From: Haliotis cracherodii
Taxonomy: Eukaryota
NCBI RefSeq assembly: GCF_022045235.1
Contig: NW_027266286.1
Location: 44,082,001 to 44,146,000 of the forward strand
Length of the DNA stretch: 64,000 bases
Direction: 5' to 3'
The stretch's first letter is position 1. Each line of letters begins with the position of its first letter. The notes beneath the pieces are model-generated. The model made no database searches. It was given only the letters and a program-made list of their open reading frames with translations, and was not told the DNA's origin. Below are positions 23,875 to 38,600 of the stretch, piece after piece. The translations under genes were made by a program, and so were the position numbers.

Positions 23875-26120
23875 GTCCTGAATGCCTGCAGGGAGACAAA
23901 CACGGGTTACTGGAGACCTAGTTTGTCCTAGAATGCCTACAGGCAGACAAACATGGGGTACTGGGGACCTAGTTTGTCCTAGAATGCCTACAGGCAGACA
24001 AACATGGGGAACTGGGGATCTAGTTTGTCCTAGAATGCCTACTGGCAGAAAAACACGGGGTACTGGGGACCTAGTTTGTCCTAGAATGCCTACTGGCAGA
24101 AAAACACGGGGCACTGGGGACCTAGTGAATGCCTACAGACAGACAAACACAGGGTACTGGGGACCTAGTTTGTCCTAGAATGCCTACAGGCAGACAAACA
24201 TGGGGACAGGGGACCTAGTTTGTCCTAGAATGCCTATAGACAGACAAACACGGGGTACTGGGGACCTAGTTTGTCCAAGAATGCCTACAGGGAGACAAAC
24301 ACGGGGTACTGGGGATCTAGTTTGTCCTAAAATGCTTACTGGCAGAAAAACACGGGGTACTGGGGACCTAGTTTGTCCTAGAATGCCTACTGGCAGAAAA
24401 ACACGCGGACTGGGGACCTAGTTTGTCCTAGAATGCCTACAGGGAGACAAACACGGGGTACTGGGGACCTAGTCTATGCTGGAATGCCTACAGGCAGACA
24501 AACACGGGGTACAGAGGACCTAGTTTGTCTTAGAATGCCTACAGGCAGACAAACACGGGGTACTGGGGACATAGTTTGTCCTAGAATGCCTACAGGGAGA
24601 CAAACACGGGGTACTGGGGACTTAGTCTATGCTGGAATGCCTACAGGCAGACAAACACGGGGTACAGAGGACCTAGTTTGTCTTAGAATGCCTACAGGCA
24701 GACAAACACGGGGTACTGGGGACCTAGTTTGTCCTAGAATGCCTACTGGCAGACAAACACGGGGTACTGGGGACCTAGTTTGTTCTAGAATGCCTACTGG
24801 CAGACAAACACGGGGTACTGAGGACCTAGTTTGTCCTAGAATTCCTACAGGGAGACAAACATGGGGTACTGGGGACCTAGTTTGTCCCAGAATGCCTACA
24901 GGCAGACAAACACGGGGTACTGGGGACCTAGTTTGTCCAAGAATGCCTACAGGGAGACAAACACGGGGTACTGGGGACCTAGTTTGTCCTTGAATGCCTA
25001 CAGACAGACAAACACGGGGTACTGGGGACCTAGTTTGTTTTAGAATGCCTACTGGCAGACAAACACGGGGACTGGGGACCTAGTTTGTCCTAGAATGCCT
25101 ATTGGCAGACAAACACGGGGACTGGGGACCTAGTTTGTCCTAGAATGCCTATAGACAGACAAACACGGGGTACTGGGGACCTAGTTTGTCCTAGAATGCC
25201 TACAGGGAGACGAACACGGGGTACTGGGGACCTAGTCTATGCTGGAATGCCTACAGGCAGACAAACACGGGGTACAGAGGACCTAGTTTGTCCTAGAATG
25301 CCTACAGGCAGACAAACACGGGGTACTGGGGACCTAGTTTGTCCTAGAATGCCTACAGGCAGACAAACACGGGGTACTGGGGACCTAGTTTGTTTTAGAA
25401 TGCCTACTGGCAGACAAACACGGGGTACTGAGGACCTAGTTTGTCCTAGAATGCCTACAGGGAGACAAACATGGGGTACTGGGGACCTAGTTTGTTCTAG
25501 AATGCCTACAGGCAGACAAACACGGGGTACTGGGGACCTAGTTTGTCCTAGAATGCCTACTGGCAGACAAACACGGGGTACTGGGGACCTAGTTTGTCCT
25601 AGAATGCCTACTGGCAGACAAACACGGGGTACTGGTGATCTAGTTTGTCCTAGAATGCCTACTGGCAGAAAAACACGGGGTACTGGGGACCTAGTTTGTC
25701 CTAGAAAGCCTACAGGCAGACAAACACGGTGTACTTGGGACCTAGTTTGTCCTAGAATGCCTACAGACAGACAGACACGGGGTACTGGAGACCTAGTTTG
25801 TCCTAGAATGCCTACTGGCAGACAAACACTGGGACTGGGGACCTAGTTTGTCCTAGAATGCCTACAGGGAGACAAACATGGGGTACTGGGGACCTAGTTT
25901 GTCTTAGAATGCCTACAGGCAGACAAACACGGGGTACTGGGGATCTAGTTTGTCCTAGAATGCCTACAGGCAGAAAAACACGGGGTACTGGGGGCCTAGT
26001 TTGTCCTAGAATGCCTACAGGCAGACAAACACGGGGTACTGGGGACCTAGTTTGTCCTAGAATGCCTACAGGCAGACAAACACGGGGTACTGGGGACATA
26101 GTCTGTCTTGGAATGCCGTC
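23875..26120. repeat. 51-bp minisatellite, ~44 copies
   Basis: Unit AGAATGCCTACAGGCAGACAAACACGGGGTACTGGGGACCTAGTTTGTCCT. Confidence 0.97.
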
Positions 26121-26690
26121 AGGGTGACAAGAGAAGTCGTAGTTGCAGAAATGAATAATAATGTCCTAAATTGGACTAATCAGCTTCAAGTACTTATTGT
26201 GGCGGAAATATTCAATTGGTTCTTAAATAACTTTTCATTCTATAGTATATGTATGTATTAGAATACTGGAATATATATCTTATTGTTAATCATTAAATTA
26301 CAAACCCAAATGACAGTTCACACATTGTGTTTCAGAATGAAAGCATTCAGAAATAGTTGCATGATGATCAGCTGAACAACGAACTAGGAACAGATTGTCA
26401 GTTCATAATTACCTTCCTTTCTGTGTGTGAGAGAGCTCAATGACAAAACGTAAAAACTCATTGAATGCATTTTCAAACCATAAATGTACAGGGCCTATTT
26501 GATTATGATGATCAACTACAGACCAATGACATATCTCGTCCGCTTCAAACATCACCCCTTACTTTGTTCATCGAGTGCGGATGAGGGGAGGTGAAATTGG
26601 GTTTAACGTATGGATCAAGATTACTGCAGTTATATAGGTACCTAGGTACATTTCCATTAATGAAAAGATGTAACTATTACAAATCAAGGA

Positions 26691-27080
26691 CGACTGCCTC
26701 CGTGGTCTAGTGGTAGAGCGTCCGCCCGGAGAGCGGAAGGTCTGGGTTCCAATCCCCGGCAGCGTCATACCAAAAGACGTTAAAAGATGTTACTCGCTGT
26801 TACCCTGCCTGGCGCTCGGCATTAAGGGGCTAAAACAAGGACTGGTCGGCTCGGAGTATGTATACTGTGTCTGAGTGGGGTATTCATGTTAGAAAGCGGC
26901 ATTGTATCTCAGTGGGCTGGTACTATAAACCAGTCCGGACTAGTACAAGCAGACACACACACGCACGCACGCACGCACGGACGCACACACACATACACTC
27001 ACACACACGTGCATGCACGTCGCTATATAATAGCAATAATCTTGGACGCGATGTTAAACCTCTTTTCACCTCACCTCACC
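26691..27080 (+). mobile_element. SINE family 3
   Basis: Full-length copy with (CACCT)n tail. Confidence 0.85.
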
Positions 27081-29632
27081 AATCCAGTACGGCTGAACAG
27101 CTGATTTATGCGATCACAGGAACATGTATAGTTGACTTAAAATCATGCATCTCAAAGAAAATTTTGTGCACTCATTAGCTCCATTAAAAATATTTTTTTA
27201 CAGCAGTTACTCGTAATATTATGGCATCACGCACATAAAAATACAAATGCATTTGGGTGGAACCGACGATCGATTCAACGTAATGGTCTATTACATACAA
27301 ACACGACATATCGGTCGCTTCATCAGCGGCTATTCACAGTGGTATCCATGAAGCATGTTGAGGACAATAGTTGACGTTTGGCCACACGCAATAAACGCAA
27401 TTACAATTTCCTTCGCACCTTTTTTAAACAATGAAACCACTCCAAAGGGGGACAAAATTAAAACTTCAATTTCATTCGATGAACATATAATCCTCAAATA
27501 ATATGTCCTGAACGTTTGTTTATTTCTAAATTAAGTGCCACCCTGACGTTATGTAACACGCATCAATAATACAATTGTCCTGATTGGTTTTATATACAAT
27601 GGATCATTGTTAGTTCGGGCTGAGGTGACCTGGAAGGTGGAGGAACGATTGAAGTTTCGATTCAGTGACGAGCCCACTTGTGTCCCACTGTTTGTTGTCT
27701 ATTAAGTTATTGTAATGTAAGTGGCGTCTTTCTTCTCCGCACACAGAGGGATAATGTCTGTCGATATATTCTCCGGTGATGGTAGGGTTTTGTCATGCCC
27801 TAGTGATAACATTAAACTTTCATCGTGCAGTGCCTAACTTCAACAAGCATCCTGTTTATTCCCAGGCTACATAAACTGATATTAAATCAATATAGATCCA
27901 CGACAACCAGACGCAGAAACACACAAGAATCGATTCATATTCTGTCAGAACATCCAATGTTTGTACTCTCGCCACTGGGGCTATGGGCATTATATTTACT
28001 ATCTAAATAAATTTTAGTTTATGGACATAACGAAAAATATGTATAATAGTGAAAACGTCTGTCCGGAAACCTCCTCGTCCGTACATGAACTGTTTGGAAC
28101 GTCTACATATGTACAAAATGACATTACTCATGATCAACAGACTAGACTAATTAATCAGGAAATTTAGCATTCTGGACGATTTCACAGCACTGCCCAGATT
28201 AACGGGGATGCGTGCGGATGAATAATCTGAGCTGTTCGGGCTTCGGTGTTTGTTTTATGTGTGTAACGTTGAACGAATTTCATTCTGTGAACACTATGAA
28301 GGACAACCTGTATCCGCTATTACTCTTACGGGCACACTTGTATGTAATTTTTTAGCGTAAATCATTGTCCTAAAACAATAGAAAACCAAACATAACCAAC
28401 TTACACTTTCAAAGGCACGAACGTGTCCATATATTACCAAGTCTGGTTCGACAGAAATTAAATGAGATTCTTGAGATAATCCAAGTTGAACGATACAATC
28501 GACACAGATTCTATTGATTGAGCAGGAAACATGTTATTTATCAATAACCATAAAATGGCACCGAAGTGTTCAGCATATCTCAATAACTGGTCAGACGTGC
28601 CGTTCGTTCGACTTTTGCAAAGGTAATATATTAAAATGTAACTTCAATGTTTTGTACATCAATTCAGGTTCAATAGAACAAAGAATAGAGTGTGACGTGC
28701 GAATCTTTCTCTGCGACAAAGACCAACAAAATCATTTATATCCCACAGAACATGACATTCATAAAATAGTTCATGCATAACTGTATCAATCACAATGACT
28801 ATTTTCTCATTTTTGTCAACAATAAGAACTGTGTGATGATGATAAAATAAGTTGAGTCATACAATCTCAATGATTTGCAATCACACAAAAAACACAACGG
28901 TTCCGCTCAATGGGGTTGTCATGACGGCGCTCATGTTGTGGGTGGTAGACGACAAGTCAGTCTAGAGATGACATTGCTAAGGCAGGCGACATCTATTGAA
29001 AAGCAACACAGCGTAAAATATCGATCAAATTTGTTTGGAACTTTCTTCAATGTTGCTTTATGTTGTCAAGGTAGCATTTAGCAGATTATGTACATCCCAA
29101 ATTAATTATTGAGTACATTTCATGGTAGCGATGAAGCACTCTCATTGATGTATACTCAACATCTTCTTTAAGAGCAGACACAATATTTGCGGGTAGTGGT
29201 ATGTTGCTGTGCCACTTGACTTGTGATGCTTTGCGAGATGTGATTGTTACGTGACTCGCTGAATGCATTGGCGCTGACAGCCGCGGGATCGGAAAGTCCT
29301 AGAAAAAGGCGACGGAATAATACGTTTAGAGTCTACTTCTAAAGACGACACATTTTGGCAAATGATTCTCATTTCGGATTTTATGTGTGCCCAAATACAT
29401 TTCTTTGGGACAACCTTAAACCATCATTTGTATGAACGAAATAGGAACCTTTAAGACTGATTGGCACATACCGATACCCGAATTGTTGAGGAATGTATCT
29501 ACTGTATTCGTGATTGGACATTGTCTACAGCGGTTACATCGAAGTTAGTGATATCTGAACAATATCTGAACAAGTTCATATATTACTGACTGGTCCCTTG
29601 AGATCATTTGGTGACCGACAATAAAGGTAACA

Positions 29633-32600
29633 ATGAGTAACCAGGTCCTAACAGACAGCGGTGTGAGTTCCGCTGCCAGGTCTATGACTATATGTTGTGG
29701 CAGCACGGACGATGATGACAGGATGACCAACGAGACGTATTTCTCTGAAGAAGGAACATGTGACTCTTCTGACGAGTATGACACAGATCTGGATCTTCCC
29801 CTGAATGCCAGATCACCACCTCCTGGTAAATATGAACGTTATAATTGAGAATTTGTTCTTAATTACAAAAATATGTAAGGACACGATGTTGACCCAAATG
29901 TGCCTCTCGTTGTCATCATTTGAAATGACCAATGTATAGCATTCAGCTATCCAGGGATTGAGACGTAAGGATTAATATAGAAATATAATGACCATTAAAT
30001 ACATCCGTTGGATTGACAACTTCGAATTTAATGTGACGACCTTGTCATATATCCTTTCGAATGATACGTTTGTAAAACCATGTTAAAACTGTGTTAAAAA
30101 ACGCGCTATGCGACTGACCAGTGTCTGTGTCGTAAGTATCCATACATGTTGGCTGGTCACCAAGTACGGACGTTATGACGTCATAATGTTTGATGTGCTT
30201 ACGTGTGTGTCACGTCATAACTGGCCCTGTGCGCACTTCGAGCTACCGAGATCGGATTTCGGTCACAAGATAGATTTATTATATTCATTCAATAACGTGT
30301 GAACCTGTTATGCTGCATTCGTTACAACTGTTTCCAGCCAAACCTTCGGTCTTTGTGGTGTACAACCCCGTACAACCCCGCTTACGACACATGTAACTCA
30401 AAATCCAAACAGAAGAGCAAGATAATATGAGACATCTCCTTTTACGTATAAAAATATATGTTTACTCAGTAAAGTATCGTCAGACCTGCGTTCGATATGA
30501 GCTACATTCAAAACGTCAACGTCTTAATATCTACCGAAACAGATTCCAATTGATTCAAACAGACTTACAAAATGCTTACTAGTGATCACTGAAAACCATT
30601 GATGACACCGCGAAAAGGGTACCCCGTGAAGATCTCGGTTGCAGTTGGTCTTCATCAACCCATGAATGTTATCGTATCCAAACTGCATAGATTGATGCTC
30701 ATGATATTAAGCACTGGCTTATCTGGTCCAGACTGCCGCCATATAGGTGTAATATTGTTGAATGTATGATAATGGTGGATCTACAACAAACAAACAAAGT
30801 CAATACGGATTATTCGTTTCAGAAACACCAGACGAAGATAAGCTAGACGTGGTGTGTAGAAAGGTGTATCGGAGTGCTTGCAGTCGCCAGACTCCTGTCA
30901 TGACGTACCCACAGCGGAGAATAGAGGACGGGCTGTCCAACAGGACACTGCATCTCAAGTACCGGACAATGGGTTGTAATGCAATGAGGCCTCTATCAGT
31001 TGCCCTAACGGTGAGTACACACAATCATAATCATATTTTAAAGAGCCCATTCTGTAAAACATATTAATATGGGTATAACCGTCGCATGAGTAAGTGAGTG
31101 AGACGAACAATACGCTGCTTTTATCAATCAATGTTTTATTCCAACGAACCACCATAGGTGTTACAGGAACAATACATAAACTATAAATTGTCGTGATCAC
31201 TTGGTAAATTGTAGGTTATAGTGTTGTACTCATCTTCTGACAGCATTATTAATAATTCTTATAAATCGAAGATCTTCAATCTTCAAAAAGTGCCACGTGG
31301 GGGACATTAGAAAAGACATTTACACTTTGTACCAATGTAGGGAATCGAACCCGGGTCTTCAAAGTGACGAGCGAACGCCACTAGGTTACCCCTCCCATCG
31401 AAATCAACAGAACATGTTGGAAGTGATAAATGCATCAGCATATACATGCAACGATCACAACACGGCGACCTGTACGTTGATTTCAGGGCATTTAATATCT
31501 TCAAGTGACATCTAGCGTTCTTTTATTAATGAAGATATATTGACCTAGTAAAGGTACTGGTATTTGTATCAACACGTCGCACTGAAACAAAAGAAGACGA
31601 TGCCATCAATGCCTGAATCCTTTTGGTTTTTTTTTATAAAATCAGATGTGATGTATATAGTTATTGGTTTTGTTTTCATATTATAAATATATATCACAGT
31701 CATGGCACAGGACTAGTAACGGCCGAAATTATCACATTGTGTACCATAGACTTTAACCTTTAACCTAATGTGACAAAGTGTTCCTTGTGCTAACAGTGAG
31801 TGAATGAGTTTGGGTTAACGCCACCTCGAACAGTATTCAAGTCTCTATCATGGCGTGTCAGAGTAGAATGGAAGGAAAGCCCAAAGTGATCCAGGCCTCG
31901 GACGTTTACCACTTTGATGAAACCCACGAATACGGATAGTGCTGGCAAACCGACAAACATATTCTGCGCGAACCACGATTTGAACCCACAAGCATAGATT
32001 TCTGGCGTGTCCAATTGTAAGCAACTCTGCGCCTTTCACGACTGTGGATGCTTGTACTAGCCCGGATTAATGTCGATTTTATAGTGCTAGCCCACTGAGA
32101 TACCATGCCCCAGGTTTACATGGATACCCCCACACAGTATACTGACTCCGAGCCGACCAGTTCTTTTTTATCCCCTTAATGCCGATTGCAAGGCAGAGTA
32201 ACAACAAGTAACATCTTTTAACGTCTTTTGGTATGACGCGGCTGGGGATTGACCACCGAACTTCGGATCTCCGGGTAAACGTTCTCTCTACAACACCATG
32301 GAGGCTGACCGAAATAACGAAGCATGCCTGGAAACATATAGACAAGTTTGCCAAAACAAAAGTTGGATTTCTTCATCGTTTTTTGTATAATGTGTGATAC
32401 TTCAGATGAATCATAATTTATAGGTTAATTACTATCACAAGTGCCTCGTCAATCACTATCGTCCTGCTTGCCGTGAGAAACTACAATGGGGATCGTCAGA
32501 TTCCATGAATTACGATTATTCACAGGCGTGTAGTTGGAATATTGCTGACTACGACGTAAAACAACAACAACAAAAAACATACAAAGTATTACGAGTTCAC

Positions 32601-35600
32601 GCCATCAATCTCTTGAATATTGTATTTCAGAATAACCTGCGTGTTGAACGCCTGGATCTCCAATACGCAGACATGAAGGCTGAAGGAGTGAAGGACCTGG
32701 CCACTGCGCTCTCAGACAACATCACAGTGTCATATCTGGTAGGTGGAAACTTTTGCTATGTGTTGACCTCTTATGGCGCATTTCATGTGTCAGGAGAATC
32801 TTGTATCTCGAAGGATGTCCGAAATACAAAACGTCAACACCAGAGAATAGCTATAGTCATTCTAAAATATTCAACCATACCCACTGACGCAGATTTCATA
32901 GGGGGTAAAAGGCAACACGAGGATGCAAATTATGATCATGAAGAGATCCGGAAGTTCATATATGTGAATGAAGAGATCCGAAAGTTCATATATGTGAACG
33001 AAGAGATCCGAAAGTTCATATATGTGAACGAAGAGTTCCGACAGTTCATATATGTGAATGAAGAGCTCCGAAAGTTCATATATGTGAACGAAGAGATCCG
33101 AAAGTTCATATATGTGAACGAAGAGTTCCGACAGTTCATATATGTGAATGAAGAGCTCCGAAAGTTCAAATATGTGAATGAAGAGATCCGAAAGTTCATA
33201 TATGTGAACGAAGAGCTCCGAAAGTTCAGATATGTGAATGAAGAGCTCCGAAAGTTCATATATGTGAATGAAGAGTTCCGAAAGTTCATATATGTGAATG
33301 AAGAGTTCAGATGGCACAGGGGCGGTCTTGACGCCGAAGACCTGGGTTCGATTCCCGACATGGGTACAACGTGTGAAGCCCACTTCTGGTGTCCCCCACC
33401 ATGATATTGCTGGAATGTTGCTAGAAGCGGTGTAAAACCATAATCATTCACTCACTCAGATGGAACAGGGAGTAGTTATTTTATGAAATGGACAAGGGAA
33501 GGGATGACCCGGTTACAGCAGCTGTGATGAATCACATTTATGTACCTTAGATCTGCCATGATCCACTGATAGTGGAATGGAACCACACAGTCCCTACGAT
33601 TATAATACTTGATGTGTTAGCACCATACCGTGCTCTTCGGTTGGACTAAACAGGTAAATATCTATAGCTTCCGTTACCAAGGGTTCGTCCCAGTAGACTG
33701 ACATACGGTGACATCACTTCAAACGGTCAGTGCTGCGTTTACCTTTAGACTAGCATCTAGTCTCTGAAATGAACATATCGTACAGAAAAAAAACAGTTGT
33801 TCAGTTATCTTAATAAAAATATAATAAAAAGGAGCCCAGTGACTCTCTTCATTTTCAGACCTGATACTGCAGTGATCTAGACTTGCCAAACATTATAGAC
33901 TTGCATGGGCTGTATTTGATATATATTTGTATGATCAGGGTCTGTGAGACAGACTACGTTTACCACTCACAAATATATTTACATATGTTCATCTCTGGAA
34001 AATATATGCGAAAGGTATATGTGTGTCCTTATACACGAGGTTAATTACACAATAAATACTGTCCATGGATAATTCATTTGTGTCAGTGTCGGAATAGTGT
34101 AAGACTCGCTGGTGTCAGCCTTGTATTTCTTGCTTGAATCAACACAGAGCAGTTCTAAAAACACCCTTGCAAAATGCATGTTGATCTATGTGCCTGTAAG
34201 TGTGCAATCGATGAGAATCTTTTGTCTCTGCACTTGTAGCAATGGCAAGAACGTCAATACTGGGTATTGTTGTATCTTGTACTGCTTCATTTAACACAAG
34301 GCAAAGCGCCAGAAAAGATATCCATAATTAAAACATCCCCTGTAGTAGCGTAACAACAGAGCATAAGAATGGAACATGACATGCAAATGCAAGCTATGTA
34401 GATAACTGCTCTGACCTACATGTCAACATATGACAGGCCGACACAATGACATACATTTTCTGAATATTCAAATGCGTGAATATTACTTTATACATAAATT
34501 TACAAGGAATAAGAATAAAAACAACACTTTGTGTTATCAAAGGAAATTAATGATAATTTTATTTTTGTGGCATAATACGTTTTGTCATTAAAACAATCTA
34601 TCATCAGTACAATCATAAAGCTGCTTTACCGTCTGGGGAAGCCGAAAGGACACTTGCAAGTATTTCAAAGTAGTAATTATGACTTTACATAAATAATTCG
34701 TGATGACACTCAGCTTTCACATAGTATCGACACATCCGTGATTATAATCTGTAAATGGCGCTAATGAGCTTCCATAGGCTTCTAACATGCACCTCGTCTA
34801 TAAACGTGCAATCATGTAACATACCCCGTATACATGGATCGTCAGTGACTGTGCATATTGTTGTTTCCTTTAGAACCTTGGAAACAATGACATCGGTACA
34901 GAGGGGGCGAAATGGGTGGCATATTTGCTTCTGAAGAACAGGCTGATAAAACACCTGAATATAGAAGGTATGTCTATTCACACGTTATCTACATGTTTTT
35001 GTGTATGCCAATGTTTGTTTGACAATCCCATTTGACAAGCATGACAGACGCTTTTCATGTACAGTCATTCCAAAAGTACATTTTGCATATCACCATGAAT
35101 GGACACATAATTAATGTGTTGTACTATCCCCGTCTCATATTACTTCAAAGTCCCCCTCAAAACTTCATTTATATATGTACAATGAATATATACATGAACA
35201 ATGTAGGTTAAACTTGTAAGATATGAATGTGATGGCCACGGATTTTACCTTAAAAAAATCACTTAAGACATTAATCCATGGTCAACGTTTCTAACTTGTT
35301 AATATTCACGTTCTTGTTAAGTCCTATTGCTCTGATATTCGGTATATGAATGTGTTACCAACACCAAAGAACCGTCTTGATATGGTTAAAATCCGATGAA
35401 ACATATATTTATACAGATGAACTGGTAAAGGGGAACATTTAATGTCATGCTATTAATATTTATTCTATCATGATTTGGGATAGTACTCGATTTTGATTGG
35501 TCAATAAGAGGTATCAAGTCACAATAAACCTCCACTGAACAGCCTATCTGACGACCGGATCACCGCGGAAGCTAATATTTTATATAATAGTACGTCTCTT

Positions 35601-38600
35601 ACAACCATTGTCGGTACGCATATTTAAATACTTATATGTACAATCATAGACTACAAAATCCAAAGTTGAGTTTGCTGCAATATTCATAGGCTGTATGGTA
35701 ATACATTGCAGGCAGAAAAAAACGACAGAAATATTCAAAGAGAATGTAGTTCAAGCTTGGAGGACAACAGCGCTTGTCTATAAACGACTGTGAGGTTATC
35801 TCTGTTGCATCACAATGAGCGACATGGCGTCATAATAGTGACGTGCGATGTATAACGAAACCTTCCAAGGTTGTCTCAGTTTTGTGTAGGTGTGCCCACC
35901 CATCTTAAGCTTAAGAAGTTGCCGTGCTACATGCTTTATTATGGTGTGAACAAACTGCTTGAGCATATAGATCGACACATTTAGTTTAAAGGCTGTCGAT
36001 GATTCCGGAGAGGGACTCATCCTATTTCGCTCCACTCAGTGTGTTTGCTGACACCAACGAGTTCGCTTATTGTTTAGTCATGGTAGAATGGAGAGAAACG
36101 CTGTGTTTTCATTGTTCAGCTAGCTTGCCAGTATATTTAACCGCGCTAAATCTAACTTTTGAATCCTCGATTCCAAATTCAATTTAGCGCGGCTAAATGA
36201 TTAGCATTTCCGATTTGTACATTGCAGGAAACAAACTCACGGACAATGCCGCTCCTCACCTTGCTATGGTGCTTGAAGTAAGGCTCCTAAATATTTGAAT
36301 GCGTGAGAGAAATAACGTCCATTTGAAAAGTATTTCAGTTTAATACGGCGTGTTAACTTACACAGAAATTTATTTGCTTGTTTGATCGTTTATTTGTTGT
36401 TTAACGTCGCACTCAGCAATACTCCAGCTGTATGACGTCAGTCTTTAAATAATCGAGTCTTGACCAGACTATTCAGTCATTGACATCATGGGCATCGATC
36501 TACGCAATTGTGATACGATGCCATGTATCAACAAAGTCAGCGAGTCTGACCTCCCGATCCCGTTAATCGTCTCTTACAACATGTATGGGTGGTCTAACCC
36601 GGATCTTCGCGGGGTTTACTGTTATAGGAGCGGTTAATGTGATGCAAACCGTAGACATTAATCACTTGGATGAAACCCACATGCCCAGAAAGGGTGAACA
36701 ACAACGATCATAATTGGGATGAATGTGGGGATCGAACTCGTGACCAGATGATTCTGGCACTTCCAGGGAACGCAACTCTGCATACTTTGCTTCAGCACCG
36801 TAGATAACTTGTCTGTGCCCCTTATCTTTTAAAATAATCACAGTTGTCTGAAATTATATATTATATATTTTATTATATATTATAAGTAACATTATATCGG
36901 TTAGATTGCCAATGATTTTTCTTCACTGAAATAATTGTAAATTTGTCAAAATATATTTACAGAAACCTGTTTACAATTGACACAAATGATAATCGCTTCA
37001 TTAGGGTTTGATGTAGAAGATCAACATTCTGTCTGAAAGGGAATTATCAGTTAATGGCATTCTTCCCTTACAGCACAACACTAGTTTGAGTATTTTAGAT
37101 CTCAGCCACAACGAGTTCTGCGACAATGGCCCAAAGCTTATCGCAGCAGCACTTGGTGAGTACGCTGTTTTAACAGCTCACCATTTACTTAGGTGATGTC
37201 GGTAACGGTTTAGGAGATAACATATTAAATACGAGTATCTTCGTGATCGAACTACATTGGACAAACCCTGGGACACGACTTTTCTCACTTCTGAATATGG
37301 CTTTAAGGAAGAAGACTATTTTCCAACTTCCTTTATAGATGACCACTGTTCTTCGTGTGGCATATCAGTATTTACTCCAACTGTAACACCTTGTAACCAA
37401 ACGATACCGTCTTCTTATTGTTACAGGCAAAATTCTCAACGTTGCACGTGTAAAATATTGATTTTTTTGAATAGAAGTATCAGTTGAGGATGGTCCTGTG
37501 TTGGGAGAGGCACCGAGGCGATATGCCATTTAATTACAGATTTTTGTTATTTACTGCTGTCGTTTTTTTGCATCTTCAAGGACTCAACACGGGTTTGGAA
37601 ACATTTCGAATGAGCTGGAACCACATCAGAGGCAAAGGAGCTGTAGCCATTTGTCAGAGTTTGAAGGTAGGTTTGTGTTACAGTTGTATCTTGCAAGGAA
37701 GAAATCATCCATTATTCCTGTTACACTCATTTATTACAATCGTGATGATATTGTAATGAATAAACACATTAAGAAAACGTTTAAGGCTTCATGCGTTTGC
37801 AATTTCATGCACACGTGTTCCATCTAACGCAAACTGCTTAAAACAATAAGTTTAAGTTTAGATTGATGCATCTGCACAATGAAACATTCTTCCAGGACAT
37901 TTAGAATACAGCATTATGATTGGTCTCCAGACAACAGAGGGTTCGATTCCCACTTTTGGTGGCCCCCGCGTTTTATTGCTTGAATATTGCCAACAGCGGC
38001 GACAACACCATACTCACTCACCGGAGAGGACAGAAAACCCGACGAACAGAGTAACAGAGTGAATTGTGAAATTCAGCACTATCAATGCAGTCTGACCTAT
38101 GTCGCTACTCAACCACATACGATGACGCCATGTCTACCCTATTATTGGGTGGACTTTTGATCATGATGTCATTATAGCTGTGTGTACTTAATGTGCAAGA
38201 CCACCTGATTTTTTCTCTAGGTGGGGCTGTTTGAATAATGAATATACTTACATAATATGCACTCACAGTAATTTTATTTCCTCATATAATGATAAAAAGA
38301 ATAAAATAGCATGCTAAAATTTTGATGATTTGAGTGCAACATACGCGACTTTGGACCGATCGTCAATCGTCAAACCTTGGACTATTCATCTCACTGGAAA
38401 CTGATGACACAACACTCATCACCTCTGCCACCACCAAATAGTTAATTATTGTGTCATTATGTTCCCAATTTCAAACTCCAATCGAAATCTGTGTATTTTC
38501 TTTCAAATTCGAAATTCCGTTCGCTTCAAAAACAATGTGCAAGTATAGAATCTATGTTTGGATCTTCAAAATTGGAAACACAAGAGGTTTATCTCCGAAA

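Noticed and set aside
23806-26127. CRISPR-like array or repeat protein (MPTGRQTRGTGDLVCPR)n
   Set aside because: Head-to-tail units with no unique spacers, no cas genes, a eukaryotic context and frame-breaking units. It is a minisatellite.
28910-28990. RFX X-box-like motifs upstream of the LRR gene
   Set aside because: Only half-site matches, too weak to call without TSS data.
32505-33451. 299-aa and antisense ORFs with EEIRKFIYVN repeats
   Set aside because: Read-through of LRR exon 3 (32631-32738) into an intronic 30-bp minisatellite and a SINE.
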